From: Octopus sinensis
Taxonomy: Eukaryota
Assembly: GCF_006345805.1 (NCBI RefSeq)
Contig: NC_043023.1
Location: 20,646,001-20,710,000, forward strand
DNA length: 64,000 nucleotides
Direction of reading: 5' to 3'
A program made the position numbers and the translations under genes. Under the pieces are notes generated by a model. The model was not told where the DNA came from. It ran no database searches and saw only the letters and a program-made list of their open reading frames with translations. This document shows, one piece after another, positions 25,520 through 37,582 of this stretch; the first letter of the stretch is position 1; each line of letters opens with the position of its first letter.

Positions 25520-26160
25520 TCATCATCATCATCATTTAACGTCCGCTTTCCATGCTAGCATGGGTTGGACGTATGACTGAGGGCTGGCAAACCAGATGGC
25601 TGCACCAGGCTCCAATCTTAATCTGGCAGAGTTTCTACAGCTGGATGCCCTTCCTAACGCCAACCACTCCGAGAGTGTAGTCGGTGCTTTTACGTGCCAC
25701 CGGATCGGGGGCTAGACAGGCGGCACTGTTTTGTTTTGTTTGTTTGTTTGTTTGTTTGTTCCTTCTCGAGCCATGCCTGGCTCATAAGGGCCAGTTTCCC
25801 GGTTTCCTTGGCATATAGGTTCCCCACCTGGATGGGACGCTGGTCCGTCGCAGGCAGCACTGGCAACGGCCTCGCTTGAATCTTTTACACATGCCACCGG
25901 CGTGGGTGCCAGTAAAGTGACGCTGGTAACAATCCTGCACGAATGGTGTCTTTTACGTGCCACCGGCACGGAGGCCAGATAGCCGCTCTGGCAACGATCA
26001 CGCTTGGATGGTGCTCTTAATACCCTACTAGCACGGGGTTCGAGTGCCAATAATGCGACATTGGTAATGATCACGCTCGAATGGTGCCTTTAAGTGCCAC
26101 TGGCACGGAAGCCAGTTAGCCACTCTGTCAATGATCACACTCATATGGTGCTCTTTGCAC
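25520..26160 (-). mobile_element. SINE family C
   Basis: (ATC)n at left, TTTCTACAGCTGGATGCCCTTCC core, GTGCCACCGGC repeats. Confidence 0.8.
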
Positions 26161-26377
26161 CTTGCTACAAATGGTCCTGACATTCTTTTGACTTTATCTG
26201 AAATATTCTTGACATTCTACTGTTGTTTTATTGCCATTTATTTACAAGTTTTATAAATATTTCATAGGTAAAATAATTTTATGGGAATGAATTATGATTT
26301 ATAACATTGCTACTATGGGAAATTATTGCTCTGCTTTATGAGTTTTCACTTTACAAGCAGTTTAACTCTTATATACT

Positions 26378-26778
26378 CTTTTACTCTTTTACTGGTTTCA
26401 GTCATTTGACTGCGGCCATGCTGGAGCACCGCCTTTTTAATCGAGCAACTCGACCCTGGGACTTATTCTTTTGTAAGCCAAGTACTTATTCTATCGGTCT
26501 CTTTTGCCGAACCGCTAAGTGACGGGGACGTAAACACACCAGCATCGGTTGTCAAGCAATGCTAGGGGGACAAACACAGACACACAAATACACACACGCA
26601 TATATATATATATATATATGACAGGCTTCTTTCAGTTTCCGTCTACCAAATCCACTCACAAGGCTTTGGTCGGCCCGAGGCTATAGTAGAAGACACTTGC
26701 CCAAGATGCCACGCAGTGGGACTGAACCCGGAACCATATGGTTGGTAAACAAGCTACTTACCACACAGCCACTCCCGC
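26378..26778 (-). mobile_element. SINE family A
   Basis: Reverse complement of family A, about 108 nt upstream of the first KDM5 exon found. Confidence 0.9.
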
Positions 26779-26885
26779 ACCTATATCAAGGCATTACTGT
26801 ATAAATATGTTTTTTTTTTGTGTTTATTCCTGCAATCTGTCAAGTATTGGTTTTTATAGATTTTTTTATAATTTTTCAATTTCAG

Positions 26886-26945
26886 GCAAAATCAAGAATT
26901 AGATTGAATTTCCTTGACCAGCTAGCAAGATTCTGGGAATTACAG
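26886..26945 (+). CDS. KDM5: KDM5 exon E1 in window (ARID start): AKSRIRLNFLDQLARFWELQ
   Basis: TTTCAG|GCA...CAG|GTAAGC. Matches KDM5A [20 protein letters not shown]. Confidence 0.93.
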
Positions 26946-27164
26946 GTAAGCTACCTAACTAAGTACCTTTATTTATGTCTGTACAACATACTTTCATGCA
27001 TTTTTATATACACTTACTCACACACATGGCTAAAATCAAAATAGACACCCCTCATTAGTATGATGCTTAAATGCATTAAATAATTTAAAACTGCACAATG
27101 CATGAACACACACACACTATCTCTTTCTGTATGTGTGTGTATTTGATAGTGTCTATAATAAGTA

Positions 27165-29194
27165 TAGGGTCATCCCATAATGCGGTTTTTTTTATACTTC
27201 TTTTATTTTTCAAGATTAAGATAATGTTCCTGTTTAATCTGAAATATACTCTCCTTCATTTTCTACAATGCTCTTCCATCTATCTGGTAGCCTTGCAAAG
27301 CCCCCTCTTCCAAAATTCACTTGTCCCCACGATGAAATATACTCCTCCAGTATTGTTCTGACCTCGTCTACAGAATTCATATTTTCCCCGTCCAAATGAT
27401 TTTGAAGACTGCGGAATAAATGATAATCAGATGGGGTAATGTCTGGGGAATATGGTGGGTGAGACATCGTTTCCCATTCAAACTACTCCAGTCTTTGGAA
27501 GCCATCCTTGCAGTATGTGATTGAGCATTATCCTGATGGAAGAACACCTTTTGTCTTGAAACCAAAGTTGGTTGTTTTTCCTCAAGCTACTTGCAGTAGA
27601 TCTCTTTTGTTATTGATTGGTTTGGGTTTAAAAGTTCAAAGTGGACTAAACCTTTCATATCCCACCAAACAGATAACAACACCATATGTGGGTGAAGACC
27701 TTCTTTACCCTGGGATGCTGGTGTTTCTCCTTTCCCCTGCTCACTGTCTTTGGTGCTTGACATTTTTATAGAGAACCCATTTCTTGTCACCAGTCACTGT
27801 TCAGTCCAAAAACAGTTCATTTGTGACATGTGACAGCAAAGAAGAGCACACATTCTCCGAATGCAGTTAGGCTCAGAAAGTTTGAGGAACCAATTTGACT
27901 CAATTTGCTGACTTATCTGATGGCATGCAGGTGTTGATGACTGGTTGAATGACCAAATCCAAGCTTCTCTTCTAGTTCCTCAACAGTAACGTTTGGATTT
28001 TGTTCTACCAGCGTTTGCAGGACATCTTTGTTGAACTCTGCAGATTGTCCAGGACGAGGTTTGTCTTCAAGGCTATAGTTTCCAGCTCAGAATTTCTGGA
28101 ACCACCGTTGACACTGGTTTACGCTTATTGTCCAATCCCATAACACTGAATTAATATTCCTCGCACCTTCTGCTACATTGGTGCCTTTGTTGAACTCATA
28201 ATGCAAAATGTGCTGAATATGTTCCTTTGTCACTTCCATTAACCCTTTAGTATTTAAACCAGCCATATCTGGCCAAAATATTTAATCTGTTTTATGTTCA
28301 AACTAACCAGATCCATGCTCTCACACCTACCCTACAATGTTATTCTACATTAAGTAATTACACCATCAAGATCTTGAAGATATGAGAAAATGCATGATTA
28401 ATTCAAATCAATGGGAATCAATAGGCATTATGTTTGATAGAATAATCTGAACACTAAAGGGTTAAACATGCTAAATATCAGTGTGATCCCACCATGACAT
28501 CCACCACCGCTTTATACTTAACCCTTTAGTATTTAAACCGGCCATATCCGGCCAAAAGTATTCTACCTGTTTTATGTTCAAACTGGCCAGATCCAGGCTC
28601 TCACACCTACCCTACAATGTTATTCTACATTAAGTAATTACACCATCAAGATCTTGAAGATATGAGATAATGCACGATTAATTCAAATCAATGGGAATCA
28701 ATAGGCATTATGTTTGATAGAATAATCTGAACACTAAAAGGTTAAACATGCTAAATATCAGTGTGATCCCACCATGACATCCACCACCGCTTTATACTTA
28801 ACCCTTTAGTATTTAAACCGGCCATATCCGGCCAAAAGTATTCTACCTGTTTTATGTTCAAACTGGCCAGATCCAGGCTCTCACACCTACCCTACAATGT
28901 TATTCTACATTAAGTAATTACACCATCAAGATCTTGAAGATATGAGATAATGCACGATTAATTCAAATCAATGGGAATCAATAGGCATTATGTTTGATAG
29001 AATAATCTGAACACTAAAGGGTGAAAGCTGTTAAAATCAAACTGCACTCTTCAAAACTTGCACTAAGAATAAGTACAAGGTAAAATTACTTCCTGCTTTT
29101 ATAGCAATTTGGATGCAGGTAGTTTATCTCATCCCCTTCCAACTTTCAGTTCATGCAATTGAAAAAAAAACACATTATTTATGGGATGATCCAA
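27165..29194 (-). mobile_element. Degenerate mariner (DD34D) transposon, interrupted by the MITE array
   Basis: TIRs (T)AGGGTCATCCCATAA and TTATGGGATGATCCAA with TA flanks. Frameshifted peptides MEVTKEHIQHIL, VLLSVWWDMKG, FHQDNAQSH, HPPYSPDITPSDYHLFRSLQNHL. Confidence 0.9.
28243..29021 (+). mobile_element. Composite array MITE1-X-MITE1-X-MITE1 (X = 52 bp between TTAA sites)
   Basis: MITEs at 28243-28461, 28522-28741 and 28802-29021. X at 28466-28517 and 28746-28797. TTAA at each internal junction. Confidence 0.92.
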
Positions 29195-29325
29195 TAAATA
29201 TAAAGTTGAAATGTGTTGAATGTGGTTGACCAGTGTCACCTGCGCAAACCCTTAATTAAAACACAATTATCTCATGTACCAAACCAACACGCAATTCAGT
29301 ATTTCTTTATTTGCATTTATTCCAG

Positions 29326-29388
29326 GGTTGTTCCTTAAGGATTCCCCATGTTGAGAGAAAGCTACTGGATTTATTTAATCTCTTCAAG
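29326..29388 (+). CDS. KDM5: KDM5 exon E2 (ARID): GCSLRIPHVERKLLDLFNLFK
   Basis: TTCCAG|GGT...AAG|GTAAGA. Matches KDM5A [21 protein letters not shown]. Confidence 0.93.
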
Positions 29389-29722
29389 GTAAGACCTTGT
29401 GTTATTTTTGTCTCACCCCTCACTGCATGCCTGTCTCTATCCCCACCACACACACTCTGGTAGACTCTGCTAATGACCAGTACAACAATAAGGTTTGTTT
29501 ACATGACCCCTTAAAGAGTACAGGGCTGGTTTCCCACTTTCTCTGGCATTTATAAAATCCTCCCTGAACAGGACATCTGTTGCAGGGGTTACTCATTTTG
29601 GATCTTTACCTTTTGACCAACAGATTTAAAAAATAATTTCTTGTCACTAACCACTTACGGACACTGGTAGAATGTGTCATATAAAACATCTTTTACTCTT
29701 AGCATTTTAATATTTAGCAGAG

Positions 29723-30090
29723 TGGAGGTGCAATGGCCCAGTGGTTAGGGCAGCGGACTCGCGGTTTCGATTCCCAGACCGGGCGTTGTGAGTGTTTATT
29801 GAGTGAAAACACCTAAAGCTCCACGAGGCTCCGGCAGGGGATGGTGGTGATCCCTGCTGTACTCTTTCACCACAACTTTCTCTCACTCTTACTTCCTGTT
29901 TCTGTTGTACCTGTATTTCAAACGGCCGGCCTTGTCACTCTCTGTGTCACACTGAATATCCCTGAGAACTACGTTAAGGGTACACGTGTCTGTGGAGTGC
30001 TCAGCCACTTACACGTTAATTTCACGAGCAGGCTGTTCCGTTGATCGGATCAACCGGAACCCTCGTCGTCGTAACCGATGGAGTGCTTCC
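29723..30090 (+). mobile_element. SINE family D
   Basis: tRNA-Arg-like head (with a small deletion) and full body. Confidence 0.9.
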
Positions 30091-30399
30091 GTTTAGCAGA
30101 AGTCCCAGAGTGATTCAAGGTCTGAGAGTTGGGATTGGCACTTACCAAAGCTGATAGGTGCCAATCCAGGAAACTCTTGAATCACTTTGTTATTTCTTCT
30201 AAATATCAATAAAAAAAAATATATTTATTTTATAATCAGGCTACTAGATAGTACCAGCATTGCTAGAAATAAGTGTCAAAAATGACTCAAAAACCACAGT
30301 TATCACTCATAAACACTCCTGAATTCGAGGAAATGAGTAAATATAAAAATTGCAAATGAGTGATAATGGACTGAACAATAATTAATCTTCACATCCTCT

Positions 30400-30820
30400 G
30401 ATAATCCACAGATGGTGATTTGACGATTTCCTGTCACAGTGGCACACACATCTGTGATGTTTTCCTCAGTTCTGCTGGTTGTGGGTCTCCCAGAACGTTC
30501 ATCAATATTGACATTTTTGGGGCCATCTTGAAAACCCCTAGACTACTTGTGCTCTTGTGTGTGGCTCATACACTCTCCGCAACTTTGTGTAGGCCTCTGA
30601 GCAGGTATCGCCATGACAGCTTTCTCGGTGATGGTCAATGCGACGATCACATGCTACACACCTTCCTTCCAAGCACTGCTGTAAACAGTGGAAGAGAGCT
30701 AAAAACGTTAAAACTTAGTGTGAATGCACAGCAAAGCTCAAAGTCAATCTTTGCCGAGCAGCGTCATTCTGCGTGCTTTTGTTTTGTTACTATGGCAACA
30801 GTCCGGATGCTTATTGATGA
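30400..30820 (-). mobile_element. Mariner/Tc1 N-terminal transposase fragment
   Basis: Minus strand FQDGPKNVNIDERSGRPTTSRTEENI resembles the mariner HTH/linker (DDERSGRP). Confidence 0.7.
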
Positions 30821-30855
30821 GACCTCGTGTGTGTGTGTATGTATATATATATATG

Positions 30856-31153
30856 TGGAGGCACAATGGCCTAGTGGTTAGGGTAGCGGACTCGTGGTCG
30901 TAGGATCGCGGTTTTGATTCCCAGACCGGGCGTTGTGAGTGTTTATTGAGCGAAAACACCTAAAGCTCCACGAGGCTCCGGCAGGGGGTGGTGGCGACCC
31001 CTACTGTACTCTTTCGCCACAACTTTCTCTCACTCTTTCTTCTGTTGGCCTGCTCGCTTAGCCAGCGGGGTGGCGTCATTTGAAGGCTAAAACAATGCGA
31101 AGCGCATTGTGACCAGCGATGTGTAACAACATCTGATGGCCTGGTCGGTCACA

Positions 31154-31160
<7 letters not shown>
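30856..31160 (+). mobile_element. SINE family D variant
   Basis: Same tRNA-Arg-like head with a different 3' body. A - copy is at about 33020-33262. Confidence 0.8.
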
Positions 31161-31246
<86 letters not shown>

Positions 31247-31446
31247 AGAGTTTACGAAAAAAACAGAATCCGAAGACAGGTGGTGTAGAAAACAAACAGA
31301 TGTATTAGTATAACGCTCAGGAATAGAAAAAGTCTTTTACATTTTGAGCCTACGCTCTTCTACAGAAAGGGACACAGAAAAAACAAGGAGAGAAAATAAA
31401 TGTGTGTAGTGGCTAACAATCTATCATGGCGACTATATATATATAT

Positions 31447-31640
31447 GCTCTTTTACTTGTTTCAGTCATTTGACTGCGGCCATGCTGGAGCACCGCCTTT
31501 AGTCGAGCATATCGACTCCGGGACTTATTCTTTGTAAGCCCAGTACTTATTCTATCGGTCTCTTTTGCCGAACCGCTAAGTGACGGGGACGTAAACACAC
31601 CAGCATCGGTTGTCAAGCAATGCTAGGGAGACAAACACAG

Positions 31641-31675
<35 letters not shown>

Positions 31676-31838
31676 CTTATATACGACAGGCTTCTTTCAG
31701 TTTCCGTCTACCAAATCCACTCACAAGGCATTGGTTTACCCGGGGCTATAGTAGAAGACACTCGCCCAAGATGCCATGCAGTGGGACTGAACCCGGAACA
31801 ATATGGTTAGTTAGCAAGCTACTTACCACACAGCCACT
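31447..31838 (-). mobile_element. SINE family A
   Basis: Reverse complement of family A. Another - copy is at 33661-34035. Confidence 0.9.
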
Positions 31839-32076
31839 CATATATATATTCCCAATTTATATTCCTGTGTGTTATATTGTAATGGTTACTGGTATATTTA
31901 TATATTAATATATGTATATGTAAAGCATAATATGTTACACATGTATGTATATTCTTGAAATAGTCATTTTCGTAAATAAATAAGTTGACATAATATAATG
32001 TCTAAAAGTTGATGAACCACCTATTGATCCCCTCCATTTGCTTGTTGCTCTCTCTCTCATATATATATATATATAA

Positions 32077-32351
32077 AATTATAATTAAGGGTTAATTGCA
32101 ACAAGTTGCTCAAAACCACGTACCGAAAATATTAGAAATAGCAGCCAAAATTGACCGCTATTTCCTCTACTAATAAAAAGCTGGGATTTCGTTATTTTCT
32201 TCCTTTTTTGCCATATACAGGTTACGAATTCTCTTTGTTTGTGGAGACTTTTTATTAGTAGAGGAAATAGTGGTCAATTTTGGCTGCTATTTCTAATATT
32301 TTCGGTATGTGGTTTTGAGCAACTTGTTGCAATTAACCCTTAATTATAATT
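32077..32351. repeat. Long inverted repeat (104-bp arms, 67-bp spacer), fold-back-like
   Basis: Arms 32077-32180 and 32248-32351, with 2 mismatches. Confidence 0.9.
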
Positions 32352-34089
32352 ATTATAACCCTTACCAAATATGGTCTTTTCCATACTGATAAATCTACTA
32401 GGTGAAATTGATTAATTTTATTAAATTAATTATATTCCACCCTTTATTGCATATATATATATATCTTCTTTTTTCTGCTCAGAGCTGCGGCCATGCTGAT
32501 GCCCCGTCATTCACACACACACACACACACATGCATGCATACATACACCACACATTTGTATGGTAATTGTATGTTGGTATAAAATGACTATTTATAAATG
32601 AATATAGGTGTGTGTGTGTGTGTGTGTGTGTGTGATGGGAATGATATATAAAAATAGGAAAAGACTGATTAATGTGTGGTAGGTTGTACACGCGGATATG
32701 GAATATAATTGATTAGAAACCATAGTGAAAAGATGTAGACAGATCAAAGAAGCAGTAAATATAAAAGCTGATGATAATCTAATCATTGAGCTGTGTTGAT
32801 ATCTGATCAATATGGTGGAGTTTGTTGGGAAAAAATCAATAAAGCTGACCTAAGCAATCTGATACAAAGTGCAGATGAGTCAGAGGCCCAGTGAATACAC
32901 GGGATATCTGCATTTCCTGTTTCAAATCCAGTCTGGTTTGACATGTGTAAGACACCCGCAGATGATGGGGGGATAGAGATTGTGGGTAGAAGGGTGGCTG
33001 TGTATGTATATCTGTATATGTGCGCTTCGCATTGTTTTAGCCTTCAAATGACGCCACCCCGCTGGCTAAGCGAGCAGGGCAACGGAAGAAAGACGGAAAG
33101 TTGTGGCGAAAGAATGCAGCAGGGGCAGCTGCCACCCCCTGCCGGAGCCTCTTGGAGCTTTAGGTGTTTTCGCTCAATAAACACAACGCCCGGTCTGGGA
33201 ATGGAAACCACGACCCTGCAACCGCGAGTCCGCTGCCCTAACCACTGGCCCATTGTGCCTCCACACACACACACACACACACACCTATATATATATTAGG
33301 GAGTATACCCAAACTTACAGGGAAAAATTAGATTTAGGATTAAATCAAATTTCACAGTATAAATATAAATTAAATTAATTTAAATTTTATATTTTATATT
33401 TATTTTTTGTTTTCTATGTTTTGGTTTTTGTCTTTCACTGTTTGAGTGGCCTAATAGTGGTTTTATCTCTAATTTAATTTATATTTATACATATATATGT
33501 ATATATATATGTGTGTATATATATGTGTGTATATATATGTGTGTATATATATGTATGTATATATATATGTATGTATGTATATATATATGTATGTATATAT
33601 ATATATATATGTATATATGTATATATATATATGTATATATAGATGTATATATATATATACTCTTTTTACTCTGCGGCCATGCTGGAGCACCGCCTTTAGT
33701 CGAGCAAATCGACCCCGGGACTTATTCTTTGTAAGCCCAGTACTTATTCTATCGGTCTCTTTTGCCAAACCGCTAGGTGACGGGAACGTACACACACCAG
33801 CATCGGTTGTCAAGCAATGCTAGGGGGACAAACACAGACACACAAACACATACACATACATATATATACATATATACGACAGGCTTCTTTCAGTTTCCGT
33901 CTACCAAATCCACTCACAAGGCATTGGTCGGCCCAGGGCTATAGCAGAAGACACTTGCCCAAGATGCCACGCAGTGGGACTGAACCCGGAACCATGTGGT
34001 TGGTTAGCAAGCTACTTACCACACAGCCACTCCTGCGCCTATATATATATATGTATATATGTATATATGTGTGTGTATATATGTATATA

Positions 34090-34122
<33 letters not shown>

Positions 34123-34139
34123 TAATATATATATATATA

Positions 34140-34308
34140 TATTGTTATATTTTGGAATGGTCATATTGCCAGTTTAGCCAATAAAAACACACGCACTATA
34201 TATTTGGTGTTATTTTGCTTCAGTGATATTTATTTTTTACATTAATCTTAATCTTATTTCGGCCAAAGTTCTTTCGTCACAATATGACCATTCCGAAATA
34301 TAACAATA
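34140..34308. mobile_element. Small MITE-like element with 29-bp TIRs
   Basis: TATTGTTATATTTTGGAATGGTCATATTG ... CAATATGACCATTCCGAAATATAACAATA (1 mismatch). Confidence 0.75.
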
Positions 34309-34359
34309 TCTGTTTCAACACACGACTTCACATAAAATCTTGCACACAAATATTTAAAC

Positions 34360-34415
<56 letters not shown>

Positions 34416-34859
34416 TTATATATATGAATATATGTATATAATATCACGTGTTTTCGATCAATAAACACACACAACGCCCGGTGTGGGAATCGAAACCGCG
34501 ATCCTATGACCGCGAGTCCGCTGCCCTAACCACTAGGCCATTGCGCCTCCATGTATATATATGTATATATATATATATGTATCGTTGCCAGCCTCGCCTG
34601 GCCCTCGTGCCGGTGGCACATAAAAAGCACCATCTGTTCGTGGCCGTTTGCCAGCTCTGTCTGGCACCTGTGCAGGTGGCACGTAAAAAGCACCCACTAC
34701 ACTCTCGGAGTGGTTGGCGTTAGGAAGGGCATCCAGCCGTAGAAACACTGCCAGATTTGACTGGGCCTGTTGAAGCCTTCTGGCTTCACAGACCCCAGTA
34801 GAACCGTCCAACCCATGCTAACATGGAAAACAGACGCTAAACGATGATGATGATGTATG

Positions 34860-35154
34860 TATATATATGTATGTATGTATTTATATATATATGTATATAT
34901 GTATTTGTATGTATTTATATATATATGTATATATGTATGTATGTATTTATAATATATTATGTATTTATATATATATATATGTATTTATATATATATATAT
35001 ATATGTATATATAATATGTATGTATATATGTATATATATATTATGTATATATATATATGTATATATATATGTATGTAGTATATATGTATGTATATATATA
35101 TGTATGCATGTAATATGTATGTATATGTATGTATGTATATATATAGTATGTATG

Positions 35155-35188
<34 letters not shown>

Positions 35189-35334
35189 TATATATATATG
35201 TATGTATATATGTATGTATATATATATGTATGCATGTATATATATATGTATGTATGTATATATATATGTATGCATGCATGTATGTATATATATAGATATT
35301 TATATATGTATGTAATAATGTATGTATGTATGAG

Positions 35335-35372
<38 letters not shown>

Positions 35373-35404
35373 TATGTATATATATTATTGTATATATATA
35401 TATG

Positions 35405-35456
<52 letters not shown>

Positions 35457-35482
35457 TATGTATATTTATATATGTATATATT

Positions 35483-35520
<38 letters not shown>

Positions 35521-35610
35521 TATGTATATTTATATATGTATATATTTATATGTATGTATGTATATATATATATGTATATATATGTATGTATGTATATATA
35601 TATGTATATG
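34860..35610. repeat. (TATG/TA)n microsatellite
   Basis: Direct reading. Confidence 0.95.
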
Positions 35611-36132
35611 TGACCATGTGTGTACCGTTGGCGATTTTTTCCCTCTGTCTTCCCTTCTCTGGATCTTTCCTTCTCCTATGTTTCCGACGAAGAGCTCCGC
35701 TCGAAACGTTAAACTCTCCTTCTTCCCTTCTTTCCTGAGCGTTAAATAATACTTTATTTGTTCCACGTCCTCACGTTGTGTTTTTTTGTTTTTTTGTGTT
35801 TGGATTAACTATATATATGTATGTATGTATATATCTATATATACACATACACATACACACACACATAAGGATAAGCATATTAAAAGGGTCCTTGGTAGTG
35901 GAAAGTTTGGGAGCCACAGGGTTATATATACATACATACCCCTAGCTGGCCATATCCAGCCTAAATATTCCACTAGTTTTAGGTTCAGACCAGTCAGATC
36001 TAGCCTCTCACACCTACCTTGCAATGCCATTCTATAAAAATAAACATCATCAAAATCTTGAAGCTATGAGACAATGCTTGATTAATGCAAAATCTTGTTA
36101 ATAAATGAGTAATTACTTTGGACCGAGCGATC

Positions 36133-36817
36133 ATCATCATCATCATCGTTTAACGTCCGTTCTCCATGCTAGCATGGGTTGGACTGTTCGACCGGGGATC
36201 TGGGAAGTCAGAAGACTGCACCAGGCTCCGGTCTTATCTGGCAACGTTTCTACAGCTGGATGCCCTTCCTAACGCCAACCACTCTGTGAGTGTAGTGGGT
36301 GCTTTTTACGTGCCACCTGCACTGGTGCCAGGCGAGGCTGGCATCGGCCACGGTCGGATTGGTGCATTTTATGGAAGCCAGTCGAGGCGGCACTGGCTTC
36401 GGCTACGATTTGTATGGTGCTTTTTACGTGCCACAGACAGAGAAGCCAGTCGAGGCGGCGCTGGCATCGGCCACAATTCGGATGGTGCATTTTATGGAAG
36501 CCAGTCGAGGCAGCACTGGCTTCGGCTACGATTCGGATGGTGCTTTTTACGTGCCACCGACACGGAAGCCAGTCGAGGCGGCGCTGGCATCGGCCACAAT
36601 TCGGATAGTGCTTTTTACGTACCTCCAGTCCCAGGGCCCTGGCATCTGCCGGGTGCTAGTCATAGGATTGGTTCAATTTCGATTTCGATTTCACTTGCCC
36701 CAACAGGTCTTCGCAAGCAAGGGGGGTTGCCATAGGTGCCTGTCGTCGGATGAGGTTTGATATCGACTTCGCTTGCCTCAACAGGTCTTTGTGTGTCCAA
36801 GGGGGGAAAGGCATGCA
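36133..36817 (-). mobile_element. Long SINE family C copy with 34-bp TSD, inserted in a MITE1-like element
   Basis: TAATAAATGAGTAATTACTTTGGACCGAGCGATC at 36099-36132 and 36818-36851; (ATC)n tail at left; internal about 55-bp repeats. Confidence 0.9.
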
Positions 36818-36907
36818 TAATAAATGAGTAATTACTTTGGACCGAGCGATCTGAATGCTAAATGGTCAATTGTTTCCTGAATAACATTTCTCTATTCTGT
36901 TTTGTAG

Positions 36908-37084
36908 ATCGTTGAAGAGGAGACCGGTTATGACTATGTCTGTAAAGAGAGAAGGTGGTCGAAAGTGGCCTGTAGACTTGGGCTACCCACTGGAAAAGGA
37001 TTAGGATCCATAATTAAGGCTCACTATGACCGCATACTCTACCCATTTTGGCTTTTTAAAAATGACCAGCCCTTTTCACACAAG
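36908..37084 (+). CDS. KDM5: KDM5 exon E3 (ARID): IVEEETGYDYVCKERRWSKVACRLGLPTGKGLGSIIKAHYDRILYPFWLFKNDQPFSHK
   Basis: TTGTAG|ATC...AAG|GTAAGT. Matches KDM5A KEKKWSKVGSRLG...GKGTGSLLKSHYERILYPY. Confidence 0.95.
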
Positions 37085-37287
37085 GTAAGTGGAACTTCTC
37101 ATTGTCATTATTATGTCTGAACTGTTACTATATCAAACGTTTCTGATCTTCTCTTATTACTCTCAAACTGTGTATCTTCAACAAGCACTCCATGATGTCT
37201 CTATTCAATAAAATCTACAACCTGTACACTGTGTAACTGTGCATATGACGCTCTTCCCAGACTGTTCTGTGCATGCTCATTTATAGA

Positions 37288-37582
37288 CAGAGCCTGCTCC
37301 AGAGCGTGGGCTGCGGGGTCACTCCGAAAAGCTCTATCTACGACGATTTCATCTCAATCGAAAGAGAGGAGGCTTTCTTCGTCCAGGTTGCGGATCCGTG
37401 GAATAAGCTGCCGGATGAGATAGTGAAGATGCCGACGACCGCTCGGTTCAAAGTCTCTCTTGACCAGAAATAGCCTGATCTCTTTGCATGACCACCCTCC
37501 CTGTACATAACTCCATGTCCCCTTACATGGGCTTGCTTTTGCTTCTTGAGCCAATAAAAATTGAATTGAATTGAATTGAATT
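37288..37582 (+). mobile_element. CR1-like LINE 3' end with (TTGAA)n tail
   Basis: LRGHSEKL...FFVQVADPWNKLPDEIV...FKVSLD, followed by AATAAA and TTGAA repeats. Confidence 0.75.
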
